DNA of 64,000 bases from Lingula anatina (taxonomy: Eukaryota > Animalia > Brachiopoda). The notes beneath the pieces were generated by a model. That model was not told the DNA's origin, did no database searches, and saw only the letters and a program-made list of their open reading frames with translations. How positions within the stretch are numbered: the first letter of the stretch is position 1; every line of letters starts with the position of its first letter. The stretch lies in the NCBI GenBank assembly GCA_051362555.1, contig CM120648.1, positions 17,170,587 through 17,234,586 on the forward strand. The letters run 5' to 3'. The position numbers and the translations under genes were made by a program. Below, piece by piece: positions 1 to 13,785 of this stretch.

Positions 1-552
1 CATCTCTGCACCATACATTATTGATTGAAATGACATTATACGTGTATATCACGTTTTTCTATGTCATCTTAAATCATATAATTATGTGTTTATCTATTAT
101 CAATATTACCATTTTGCTCTCTATTTCAAAATTTCCTGGATCAGAGCATATCTTTATCAAAACTATGATTCTAACTTTTTATTCGTTATGTCAAGTTTAC
201 AGTGTTCAACCGGGTTTTGGCATGACCATTAATATTTAAATTATTCTCAAACCATCACCATTTTTCTGTTTTTTATTCCTTTCGTTTTTCTTTTTTTTTA
301 TTGCTCGTTATGGTTATTGATAGATTATTAGAGATAACAGCTCTTCATGATATGCAACATTTCACAATAAATCCATTGTAAACAACACATCAAAATATGA
401 AAAAATACCATTGTACCACCAAAACGGCGGCTATCTCAATTATTCTGAAATCTGTACTTGCCATCGGACCATGTGGGCTTTCACAAATGGCTACCCTCCA
501 TAGTAATATCTTAAGAGATTATTACCCCCCCCAAAAAAAATAAATAAATAAA

Positions 553-583
<31 letters not shown>

Positions 584-2133
584 AAAATAAATGAATAAAA
601 TCATAGATTTACATTGATTGTCGGTGCGGAATCATTAACCATTCGAAATATGGGAAAATTGTCGTTTACCCCTGGAAAATCCTTTTTATTGGACTTTTCC
701 CGCCAAACGAAGAGATGGCATCCCTTTAAATATGTTTAAACTAACACTTTGCTGAACAAACTAGGAACCCCCTGCTTTTCACTCATGTTTATCACCAGAC
801 GTGTCAGTAATAAAGTATGACAAATCAGGTTGTTTACATTCCAAAAATAAGAATAAAACGATTTGCATCCTCACAATGACTTTTTTCGTGAAGTGCTTTT
901 TACGCGCTGACGGTCGATGCGGCAACTTATTTGAAAACGCGTTAACTGAAAATACGCGCAACTTTACATCTTCAGGCGACGTAACACGCATTCATACAAT
1001 ATGCTCTAGCAGTATATTCTGCTCAAACTACTAAAAGATACCATCATGAATCTTACCATGTTGATGGAAAAGCCGCTGTCACCTTGCTCACATACGTCAG
1101 TTCCCGAGAAGCTCTAGCTAAAACTGACCATCCAGAATGTAGCAAACATACGTACTCAACAATTTGTTTATTGATGACTACTAGAATATATATATATATA
1201 CAGGCTGTCAACCATCAGAAAGTGTACGACAGTCAACTTTACGTATCTCCAGAACTATCATTTGCCTGCAAGGTAATATTGTGTAAGTAAAATAATCGAT
1301 ATCTCAATTAATTACATAACCACCCAAGCTGTCTCTCTGATATATGTCACCACCAAGAAGCTAATTGTTTTACAGCGTATCCAGAACAGAGGATTAGCGG
1401 ATTAACTAATCCACCGACTAAATATGGCCGACCCCACTTAAAAAGTGATGTCGCTAATTTCCTGATGTTCCCCTCCCCCCCCCCCCCCACCCCCACCCCA
1501 CCCTTCCACACGCGCCGTCGCTGCTGAAGCCTAGCAATAACATCTCGGAGCGGAGATTTTATCCGTGTAACACATATGTTTATTCAAAGTCATAATTTAA
1601 ATTTTCAGCTAGAATTAAGATTTCATTGCCTTTAAGATTAAAATGACGAATTTTATTCCGCACGCCGCTCACGTCAAACCCGTATCGGTCAGTGTCTATT
1701 TTATGTGTCAATCCAAAATCCTATTAAAACATTTCAACTTGAATTAAAAATTCATTAACTTAACGAGGATGACGACATCGTTATAACGCGTTGCCGCCCA
1801 CATCTGACACGTATCAGGCAGTGTCTTCTTTTTTTGGCGTGTCAATTTCTAATCAAATTATTCAACTATAGGATTAAAATTTTATAGAGGCCATTTTCAG
1901 GATCTTCCGGAAGATGGTCAGATTTTCAAGTTAACATTGACGGGTGTCTTATTATTTTCTGTCGGAATACAGTCAAAAATGGAGGACGGATCAACAGAGA
2001 TATTTTGGAAGACTGTCAGAAAATAGCTCTGGAACCGCCCCTGAAAACATCGCGCCAAGCTGTGGTCTTAATTTCAAAGAAATTAGCTTTTTAAGATATA
2101 ACATATTGTTTGGTACCATTGCCTCGTTTTCCA

Positions 2134-2165
<32 letters not shown>

Positions 2166-5100
2166 AAATGGCGTGGAATACACGTACATGTAAGTAGAAG
2201 TTTTATATCTGCACTTCACAAATTTTTTATATTGGCCAACATCGCTCACGCATTATCCTCCGTTCTCGCAGCATCACCTGCAATTAACGATTTTAAATGC
2301 ATTTTGCAATATCATTTTCAGTCTGTCAAATGGAGTTTTTTTTATTTATCAAAATCCCCTTGTGGCCACACATATTTCTATGAATACAGTGGGAATCCCT
2401 CATGATGAAGGCAAAATAAATGTTATTCTAAGCAAATTCTGATGGATTTACCTTTTAATACATGTACATACAAACAAGAGAACCAAGATACTTTGATTTA
2501 ATTTGCTCGCCAAATCAATCAGACGGTAAACACCGGCAGACTTTGTCAATTTCAACATTTGTATATTTCAAACAGCGCACCTTTTGCACATGCGTAATCA
2601 TTTGAACCTTGCCCTGTCCTCTAAGAACCGTAGGCCTCCACACATTACTTTGTACTGATGATAATCGTCCCATATACTAACCCCATTCCAACACCCAACT
2701 AACCCTAACTTGTACTAATACACATGTTTCCCCGGACTTCCATCCCTATGACTTCCATTCCTGTCACACCTGTCTCCGTGCATAGGACAGGATGTCAAAC
2801 TCTGGGCACTCTCGCTGAATGCAATCAGATTAAAAAAGTAATAAGCATCCTCTTGGTATTGAGTAGAATACGGAAAAGCTGGGGTATTTTATACAAGTGC
2901 TTTGGGCAGAAGTGGAGGCGTGTTCATCTGTTAAACTGATATGCATTCAGCGAGAGTCCCCGGGGAGTTGGTGTGCATTACCTAGGCCGACAAAATTTAT
3001 TGGGAACGGCACCTTATAGACCTAATAGAACATTTTTTGTACAATGTGGCACAAGATAATTCGATAGTGGGTCGATTGAATAAAATGTTCCCATTTTTTC
3101 TTTTTTTCACCTGGAATCAGCTTAATGGTCTGACATGCCTCCTCGAGCAGCTAGGGTAATGAAGGAGGTGTCTCATTCAGTTCAACCAATTGCACTTAGC
3201 GAGAGCCCCCGATGAGTTGGATCGCCCCTACTAGTCAGTGTGACTAGTCCGATGGTCTATGGTCAGCTAAGACAACGTTTGGGACTATAGCCTGAAGTTA
3301 ACCAAAACACATAATGGCAGGCCCGTAGCCGGGGGGGGGGGGGGGGGGGGGGGGGGTCGGGGGGTTCGAAAGAACCGCCCCTTTTGCTGGGAAAAGGTCC
3401 ATTCTGGGTAAAATTTGATCTAGGTACATGAAGTTTTTATGGGAAAAGGTCCACTTTTTCAGAAAAAAAACCCTCTTTTGAAATTGCTGGCTATAGGCCT
3501 GCACATCTGAAAGTCATTCCATGGCAAGTACCAAAAACTTCGGTTTACAGCAAAATGTATCTTCAATAAGCAAAACTGGTAACTGGACGAACTATGACTG
3601 TTTACAGTATTACAGTAAAACGAGTGTTGAATGAAACTGATAGGTTCCCAGGTCGTTTGAAAGTGGACCATTATTTCTGTTGATTTTCATGTAATTACAG
3701 ACAGCGAAAGGTGAACAACCTTGAACTTTTGTCCGCAAAACAACTTTGGCCGGCAGCAAAAATGGTCGATCTTGCAGGGTTGGCTGCCAAATGTATTGCT
3801 CCTCTACAAACTATTTGAATTGCAGACAAAAAAGGACAAATAACACTTAATTAAGATAAAGATCGACGAGATATCAACAGTTCGCCGCTAATAATTCGTT
3901 AATTAAGCGGAACTGATGACAGACAGGTAAAGGTGAAGGACCTTCAACAGTTGACCGCCTTCGACACCTGTTTTATGAAATTTGATACCAATAGATGGAT
4001 CAGATATTTGAAAGTGACTTCATCATGTCATTTCCCAGACAGCAAAAAGTGGACAGCCTTAAACGATTGAATAACTTATAGCTTCTGTTGTTAACTTTGA
4101 GTACATTCAGAACACATGATCCGGGGACCAACTGATCAGACCACTAAATATGCCCCCCCCCCCCCCCCCCCCCCACACACACACACTAAAAGGCAAGCTG
4201 CTCTAATCTCCTGATGGTCTCCCCGCCTCCACACGAGCAATTAAAAATTTAAATCTCGGCTCCGAGTTTTAATTGCCAGGCCCCCGCAGCGACGGCGCGT
4301 GTGGAAGCTGGGATATCGTCAGCGGATTAGCGGCATCGCTTTTGAGTGGATCGGCCATGTTTAGACCGCAGATCTATTAGTCCGCCGATCAAGTTGTCCT
4401 GAATGCGCTTTATTTGAATTGCAGTCCACTAAGTCCAAATAACACTGAAGATCAAAATTGACAAGATATGTGAATCGGTTTCGAGTAGATCTTTCTATCT
4501 AACCAACCGATCCCTACGAAAATTGCCCTACTTGAACAGATGGAGATACGTTTGATGATGTTTATTAAAGTTACCTGTGCACAGATAGATACGTCATAAT
4601 AGTGAATGCAATTTGTTTACCGCACCCAGCCCCAGTGGGCTTCTAAATCACTGTTATGTATAAAGCAATTTTATTCAAACAAATATTAAATAAAAATTAC
4701 AATATGTGAATGATAAATGAATATATATTTACATGTACATTCTACTTTTTGTGAAGTCAAAATGAGCTTATTATGCAAGTATTCTTGAGGTATCTAATAA
4801 ATAACGATATATACGTTTCCATTTTGTTGACAATTCCAAATTGAAAAAAAAAAAAAAAAATACAAAATTCTTTTTCTAAAATCCTAGACATCATATCAGC
4901 TCTTGCAATAGTATATGCCGGACTCGCAAATATTAAATGCCTCTTGTCTTCTATTTCTCCACAATATCTAATTTGATTTTTGGGAAAAGAAATATATAGA
5001 CTACACAACAATATACACGTATGTTTGAAGAAGTTATTTGTATGCAAGTTTTTGTGTTTTGAAAGATTATATAACCAGATTTAAGTTAATGCGGTACATT

Positions 5101-5417
5101 GTAATTTTGTAAGCTCAACACTTTGGGACTAAGATATCACGTCATGAACGATTTTATATCAAACTTAATAATTGCATTTAAATGAAATTATTGATTCAGG
5201 AAAGAAAGGCACAGACATTTAGAGAAAAACAAAATTGAATGTACCTAAGGGTTTTTATAGAATAATGTATGTTTAAACTTTCAGTCCTTTTTAAATGTAT
5301 TAAAACATTTTAATTCAAATATTTGAGTCCTTACCTTATTTAATCCTCTCTATTAAGTACAAATATTTCCCTTAAACACTGCAACTTTAACTTTCGGGTT
5401 GCGATTTTAATGAACGA

Positions 5418-5470
<53 letters not shown>

Positions 5471-5681
5471 GACGTGTTAATCGTCCATTGTAATATAGAG
5501 TAAATCACGTGAAATCAGCAAGAAATCAATTAAGAAAAAACTCCCAATAACCTTTTGTACTGCATTCACCCAGCATCATATTGCCGTGAAATGATATCTG
5601 TCTTGAGGCTAAAGAAAAGTTCCAAAACTGAAAACGGTATTTTTCTGCCCAAAACGAAAATACAGCGTCACCTGTAGCACA

Positions 5682-5791
<110 letters not shown>

Positions 5792-5899
5792 GGAACTTTT
5801 GCATTATTTTTCTTATGATTTATTATATTATTGGCAGGAGCAACCCATCTCCGAGACGTTTCTCGCTAAATTGCTTTCAGCTTGAGCGGCTTAGTTGTA

Positions 5900-7885
5900 A
5901 TGTCTGCGCCGCGCGTTTCGATACAACGTGAACTTGATCTGGTTTTGGGACGCTATCATGACATGGTCCAACTTAATTTCCTGCTGCAATTGTCCGTGTT
6001 GATTGCAATTAAGTGGACCACATGTCAGCTGTGATGATGACATTTTCTATTGTGTTCACCCGTCAAAGTGACAGCAGCAGTAAGATTCTCTTGACAAGAA
6101 ATAAGAGAATGCCACTTTCTTTACAATTGGTTGCATGGCGACTGGACATCTTCAATAGCGATACCATCCTTTGCGCTCTACTGGACGGTACATTTGAGGT
6201 GGTCATTTTGTTATCACTTTACTCGAATACCAAGAGATGATTACACGCTTGAATATCAGAACAAATTCAACGAGACAAAGTGGATAATAACAGGGCCGTT
6301 AAACGATCATCGGGATATGGTAGTCTAATTGGAATCTCTCCACAGAATGCAATACGTTATAAAGTACGCTGCACAGAGCTTTACGCAAAGAAGAGCAGAT
6401 AATCAGGGAATTCAACCCGCTTGGCAACAGATTTCGCTGTGAAGGCGGGATCATTTTCTTTAGTTCCCAAGCAATGGCGATAAACACTATCTCTCAATTT
6501 TTTACCCAAATGTTGGTGGAGACAGAAATTAAAGTGGAGAGTAAAAAATGTCCAGATACTGCATACAGCTTATCAAAATAAGAAACGTGGACTAGTAATT
6601 ACTGCAGCAAGCTGTGTTTATTTTGAATCTGCAATTATGTTTGGGGGGGGGGATAATGCAAGAAACGACGCACGGTGCGGTCTATTGCTTTTTTAATTAT
6701 CTTTTTTTAATAAAAAAAAAACGTGCTTTAAAATACCATACACGATTGTTTTCAAAAATTCTACATAAGTACGAAAAATAATTAAGAAATCAATCCGCAG
6801 AATCGGTGAAAGGTTACGCTAGGATATGGGTTCAAGTCTTTTATTTACGCAAAGCAATCTTGTTTATGATTCCAGTCAGTATTCGACCAAATGTTTACGT
6901 CGATGTCGCTCAGAAAAAGTCCAAAACACAGAAATTATCACCATCGTCACCATCGTAGAGCCAAGTAATTATAAGTTGTCAAGTTAAAGATTTGGTAGAC
7001 ATGCGCCTCGATGCTGGACCAAATGGCCCAATTTGTATAGATCTATAAAATCTGACGACTGTATAGAGCTGCTGTCGAAAATTGATCGATAGTTTGACGG
7101 TTGCTGTCACAGGTAGCAAGCGGCGGAATATTTCTCTTTTTTCGTATCTCAAAATGTTAAGAAGAAAATCGAAAGTACATGTATAGCAACAAGCATTTCA
7201 AGGGAAAACGCGTATTTCGAGCAAATCCAGTGTGTCGGAAAAGATTCTCCTTAGCGCTGATCACAATCAAGAGCGACTATCAAAACAGCTTAAGCGGAAC
7301 AATAGGCAATGCTTTGCCGATCGTTGTTTATGACAAAGGGAGTATGACACGTTTCTGTTTTATTGTTTGGCGAGTCGTGGTGATGCTGCTAAGATCCTCC
7401 CCCGAGTTTATCCATGCCAACGGCCCTTGGCAACGAAGGCGGGGCACAGACCAAGCCACCGGTGCCGATGAGTGCAGCATCAAAATCCTCAGAAAAAAAG
7501 CGTATTTTTTTGTTCAAAATGTAAAAATGTTATTCCGTTAAACGCTAGATACACATTTAACCAATAATTAGACATAAAAAACCCAAAATGATGATTCTTA
7601 GCCGTATTTGGGTACATCCGCCCCTTAGCTCTTTTTACACGATTACCTAAAATAAATGTTCTCCCTTGTTTTGGACTTACCTATTTTTGTGCACTAGATC
7701 TATAGAGCTATTTATGACGAATCTTCCAAGATGCCGTACTTAGGTATTGTGCTAGGGAAGATAAAACGCATTGCGAGAACGCATCAAGTAGAAATTCTTA
7801 GACACTGTGCTAGAGAACGTAGAACGCACTGTGCGAACGCTTCAAGTAGCACTACTAAGCCATTGTGCTAGATGAGATAAAACGA
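5900..7885. repeat. Older paralog of the 19336-25220 region (blocks about 5900-6800 and 7628-7885)
   Basis: Direct-orientation matches to 19336-19359, 21577-21619, 23039-24060 and 24966-25220, and to copy B. Confidence 0.85.
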
Positions 7886-9996
7886 GGTAAACTTTATCTG
7901 AAATATTCTAGATATTGCGAAAGCGACTCCGCAAAATTAACATATTGTTAGTCATGAAGTCGCACTTCAGTAATTCAACTATTTTAGTCGAATATACAGT
8001 TAGTTTTTAAGACCTTTTTTGGTCGCCGCCAGATATTTGAAATTCAGGTGCTCGAGACTCTATGCCTCTGGTCCAAATTTACCTCAGGTGACGTAACTAT
8101 CTTTTCATTGCTACCCAAGATTAAAGTGACCAGCCTCTCGGCAAACACGGGGCGTTACCATAACGTTACCATAACGTTATTTGGTTATATAAACGTTATG
8201 GAAACGTAATAATAACGTTACGGGTTGGCTGGCCTGCCTGTCAAGCCGCCGTTACCACACCTTTCGATAATAGTCTGAGAACGGTCTGACTGAGGCGATA
8301 AGATGACTAGGCTGAGAGAGGAGCCTTGAGCACCCTGTTCAACACACGCCACTCTCTTCGACTGGGTTCCCATTCCAAATCGATCTACCAGGATCGGTTC
8401 ATCTCCACGGGGTTTCTCGCTAAATTGCTTTCAGCTGAAGTGGCTTAGATGTCTGGAACGCCTACTAAAACTGCTAAAAAAAAGTTAATTACCCCCTATC
8501 AGCTTCAGCAGGCGTGACAGACAGCTAAGCCGCTTAAGTTAATTGCAATTAAGCGAGAATCCCCTTGGTGATAGTTCGATCCTAAGTTAGTACGACAGGG
8601 TCTGAGGATGAACTCTAAGATGTTCGGAAATCATTTTGTAAGATATTGGCTTTCAACTGGCTGAGAGCACATATTAAAATGAAAAAAGGAAGAAGCATGG
8701 GCGGTGGGCAGTGCTTGAAACTCCGTACATGTGTGCATCGTCCTTGTTTAATCACACAGAGGGCGGGGGTGGGGGTGGGGGGGTGGGGGGGGGGGCTTAT
8801 TTTAGGAATATTTGGGCAATCGGCTTAAAAATAAAGAAAACCAGCACAATGCGCCTTTTATTTTTTTTTATGTATATTATCAAGTTGAACAATAAAATGC
8901 ATTCTTTCTGAACCCCACCTCTTTTCTTAATTATCGTGCAAAAGGCAAATTCACAAAGACTTGTAACCAGACACCAAACGAAAGATTCATAAAATGTTTT
9001 GCAAATATTTTCAGTTTTGTTATGTATTGCAGTCGCCCGGATTACTGGGGCACACACAACGTCTAGAAATGCACAAACAGTGGACATTGCGCGAGAAATA
9101 AACACTTCATATAAGATAAAAACAAATTTATTTCTGCACATAAGTGAAAACAACGGGACAATTGCAAAATACATAAATCTATTACATGCGTTTGTGTGTA
9201 ATAAATTTATACAGACTGTCTCTAGGAGTATTCTGTAGAAACTCTATCGTGTCTTATTTAATTACACAATTACTATGGGTGTGTAGTGTGGTAAAGTCAA
9301 GTCTCCAATTTTTATAATTTATAATCATCTTACAAAGTATTACCTCTCCCTAACATAAAAACACACTGCATAAAAAATAAAAATATTAAATAAAGGCCCT
9401 TCAACAAGAGTTATGATAGCCATCTTAACACGATTTTTATTCAATGACTAATAAACTAAAATACACAATTATAATAATAAAATATAAATAGCTTAATCTC
9501 AAAACTAACATTTAATTTATAAAGACTCGTATTTTTGCTTTGACATTATGTATATGAATTTTTCTACTTGCACAATTGTATTGTATTGTATTGATTTCGA
9601 TTTGTAACATTTGCGTTATTATAATCAATAATTATAACACTGGGTGCACGTGTACATGCATTTCTCTATACAATGGTCGAACATCAGTTTTTACATGTAC
9701 CACAACTTCTATCTGGTCCATGCAATAAAAACATATTCTGGCACGAAGCGGTGTAAAAGTATCCTGAGTGTCAAGGCACAGTAAAAGCTAGCTTGTTAAA
9801 TATTAAAATATACCTTGTGATGGGGTCATTTTTACGAGCCCTGAGGAACAGCGGCCATGTTAGGCTCTGTTCACATGAAAATCTATTTTCTAAAAATCTA
9901 AAAATCTATTTTCGTATCTTGTGATCACAGTCTGTGCCCTGAATACCCCGCGGCGCAATTACTGGCGGCGCGAGCGAGTTACTTCCAAAGCTGTAT

Positions 9997-10206
9997 TTAA
10001 TTCTCGGCTGCGCTCGGAGGAGATTCTGATACCTTGACGCATGCGCAGTAGGAAGTTACTCCAACTTGTTTTGCACTACCACTTGCCATATTACGCGTCT
10101 GTATGCTTGAGTCGTCACAACTAAACTGATGAACTTCACAGCTTAGAGATACTACTGCGCATGCGTCAAGGTATCAGAATCTCCTCCGAACGCAGCCGAG
10201 AATTAA
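9997..10206. mobile_element. MITE-like foldback (about 54-bp arms) downstream of the chitin synthase stop
   Basis: TTAATTCTCGGCTGCGCTCGGAGGAGATTCTGATACCTTGACGCATGCGCAGTA and its near-perfect reverse complement at about 10151-10206. Confidence 0.8.
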
Positions 10207-10493
10207 TTGCTGAGTCATCATACAATGGCATGCATTACAAAACCCTGGTTCTAAGTACTTGAGACATTTTCTACTACCAATGCGGCGTGGTGAAATGAAA
10301 CTCGACGAGTTAGTCTCGTGATTAAGACACTGCCATGGAGACTTAACACGCTTTGCAAGAGAAATAAATTAAAACAAGTTAATTATCTTTACAAATTACG
10401 AAGTTGAGCAATATGGCTTCACCAAAGGCGGCAGGCGGCAGTGAAATAATACCCCCCCCCCTCTTCTGTCCATATAAAAGAAGATAACGACTC

Positions 10494-11713
10494 CTATCTC
10501 TTAATCCATATAGCTCTCCCTCTGGCGTTCTCCTCGTCTGTCCGTAGAGCTGCCCGAACAGTGAAAGATTGTATCTTGCACGCCACCATGGACAACACTT
10601 GAATAATGCCTACAGCGACAAAAACACCACATGTCCACGTGAACACCTCTGAGCCGCTTGTCTTTTTAGTTACCACTGCCGCTATTAACCACGTGATGTT
10701 TATTGCCATGACAACCGGTAACAGGATGCTACGTAATTTACCCAAGTCTTTTCCAATCTCGTCCCCACTCAATCCGAACTCGGTTGAGGTCCCAATAACT
10801 GTGTTGCGTAATGTTTCCCAGAATTCCGTTTCGTTATCGGACAACTGTTTTAAATATTGTACATGACAAGAGCACGTGACCTCGACTTCTTCTTTCATGT
10901 CAACTTTTTCTTCATTTTTGGTGTCCCAGTCGATCTTTTCTGACTCGGGGCGTTTCAATGGACAGATGGTGGGGACATCTCGCGGCCGGTTCTAAAACGA
11001 AATAAAGTTACGTAGAATACATTGAAGGTACATATGAACCGAGGATCGGTGGAGAGTGGATTCCCATTAACACATATAAACCACTTCTATTAGTTTCTTA
11101 TACGACTCAATTCAATTTGACATGCGAAGGGATAAACTGAACAGATCGCTCAATCAGCTGTAAAAGAGCTTAAGACTGCTCCTTTCTTTAAATTTTTGGT
11201 CAAAAATTTAACCTACTTTTGTGACCTACTTTTCTGCCCATTGACATACAGCATAGAATGCTAGCAGAAAAATTCGTTCAAACTTCATTTTCAGGTGAAA
11301 TTATACAATGCCTTTTGGTAATTCTCTTAAATATACTACTTGAAATTATATGCTGGTATTTGGATGGCTTTTGTGGCCAAAAATTGACTCTGTATGCATC
11401 TTTAATACTCAGATTGCACGTGTTTCATTTAATGGTATAACGGAAAAAATATCACAAAAGTCAGTAAATCTATAAACATAATATCAAGACTTGACCAAAA
11501 TTTTCACAAAAAAATATACAACGTTGAACTGAAATGCTCTCATTCCAAGAACAGCCGAGTCAATGTTTTAAATCAATATTTTATCATCTATACTCAAAGA
11601 GACCTAGTGTACAAGCCAGTAGTTAAATGGACGGTTGGTTTTTGTTTTAACACCAAAATGCCGGTCTCTTTCAATTACCATTATTATTATTATTATTATA
11701 ATGGTAACAATAC

Positions 11714-11768
<55 letters not shown>

Positions 11769-11866
11769 GTTGTTGTTGTTGTTGTTGTTGTCGTTATAAT
11801 TATTAATTAGTAAAACAAACTAATGTAATAATAATAATAATGATGATAATTAAAATAAAAACATTG

Positions 11867-11899
<33 letters not shown>

Positions 11900-11972
11900 G
11901 TTGTTGTTGTTGTTGTTGTTGTTGCTGCTGAAGTTATTATTATTAATTAGTAAAATAAACCAGTAAATTATA

Positions 11973-12016
<44 letters not shown>

Positions 12017-12043
12017 CGATGATGATTGAAATAAAAACATAAA

Positions 12044-12082
<39 letters not shown>

Positions 12083-13740
12083 TGGACCTCTCACCTGTTC
12101 TCGCGTACCCCAACTTTGGTCGGCCATGTTGCAATACATGTAAATCGGCAGCAGTATCTGCAAGGCCGGAAGAAGACTAAAATGAGGAATGGCTCGCAGT
12201 ATGACGGACCAATGGTCCGGGTGCAACAATACCGAAAACAGGAACGGACTCAGAAAGATAAGGATGTTGAACCAATGCACTGGCATCTGTCCTATTTGCG
12301 GTGTTTTGTTGTGATTTCTCATAATTTGGTCCACTTGTCGCCATGTTTTGTTGATGTTTTGCCCAGTGCTGTTGTCATTCTGCCCACTTTGATAATCAGC
12401 TAAAATAAAATATTAATATACCTGTATCCGTTTACTGTCGATAAGGAAAAAATCCATAACATTAAGCACTTGAATTTAAGATTATGCAAATGATATGAAT
12501 ATTTTATTAAAGATAATTATATTCAGTCCTTTTTGATAAAGTTTTCTCCTTTAGATCATTAAATAGTTAACATGCACCTGTCACATGGGGAGTTACATAA
12601 CATTGACTTTTGTGTACTTTTATTCTCCTGAAACTGGAAGCACGCTGACATGAACATACAGCGCGAGCAGCTGCGCGTGAAGACATGTAAAATGCATGCA
12701 TGGCCAAGAGTGCACAAAAAAATATGCTCACCTGCAAAACTCCCACCATGAATATCGAAGGCCATTTCCACGGCGAGACACACAAAGATGAGCGAGATGA
12801 AGACTACAAGGAATGTGGTGGCCCGAATCTGCACAGAGCACCTGTGTCTGGTCACCAAACACAGCACGCCATAGCCAGTGCACACTGTCATCGCACATAT
12901 CACACCAACTGTCACGTCTATCCCCTGAGCATCTAGACCAAGAGCCATTTGGAACATGAAAAACGCTGGACAAATGATTCTTAGCAGTAGCACTGTGAGT
13001 GAATAGCCCAAAAAGAAGACATTGAAGTTGGAGTTGGCATCCGCCAGCGTCAGGTATCTTGTAATAGACAACACAGTGTTGCTTAAAGTTGAGAGGTCCC
13101 AGCGCTTTCTTTGGGCGAAGAACTCGTCGTTCGACTCCGGGCAGAAGGTTTTGTTGGTGGAGGTTTCATTGTAGCCCACTTCCCAGCCTTTGCTCATCAT
13201 TAAAAGCGACATCCAGCGGTCTTCACCTGAAAAACAAGGAAAACTCATGAATTAAAAGCCAATAATGCCCCTCATACCTTCATATAATAAATAAAAAAGA
13301 ATATCCAGGAGCTCAAGAGTGTTCACACAATAACCATATACCCCATCCAAAGCTGTTTTGTGGACTGTGACCTCTGAACCCATTTCCGAGCTGCAATTTT
13401 CTCTTTGTTCACCTTCTTCTACAATCTGAATGTTCTCTCCATAACTGAAGCTTGGACTTACCACCGAGCTTCTAATGTCTGTGATTTTGGCAACGGATTT
13501 GGATTAAATGAGTCTGATGATATAGCGTAAAAGTATTGAGCTTCCATGGGCAATTAAGTTTTGCTATACAAAGATCTAAGTCACTGTGTGCGACTTTAAA
13601 CCAACTGTGAGGAATCAATTTTTGAAATATGTATCAATGCTACTACTCATTTCCCCATAGTGCAATGACATTGCCAACCTTGATATTGACAAATTTATAA
13701 TCATCACATCACCCGTCCCCGCCCCCCCCCCCCACCCCAC

Positions 13741-13785
<45 letters not shown>

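Noticed and set aside
6013-6487. Recurrent ORFs (MFIAI.WELKKMIPP..., also at 23377-23565 and 29052-29240) as a small gene family
   Set aside because: They recur only because the DNA block is triplicated. I recognise no domain or convincing splice structure, though a decayed TE origin is not excluded.
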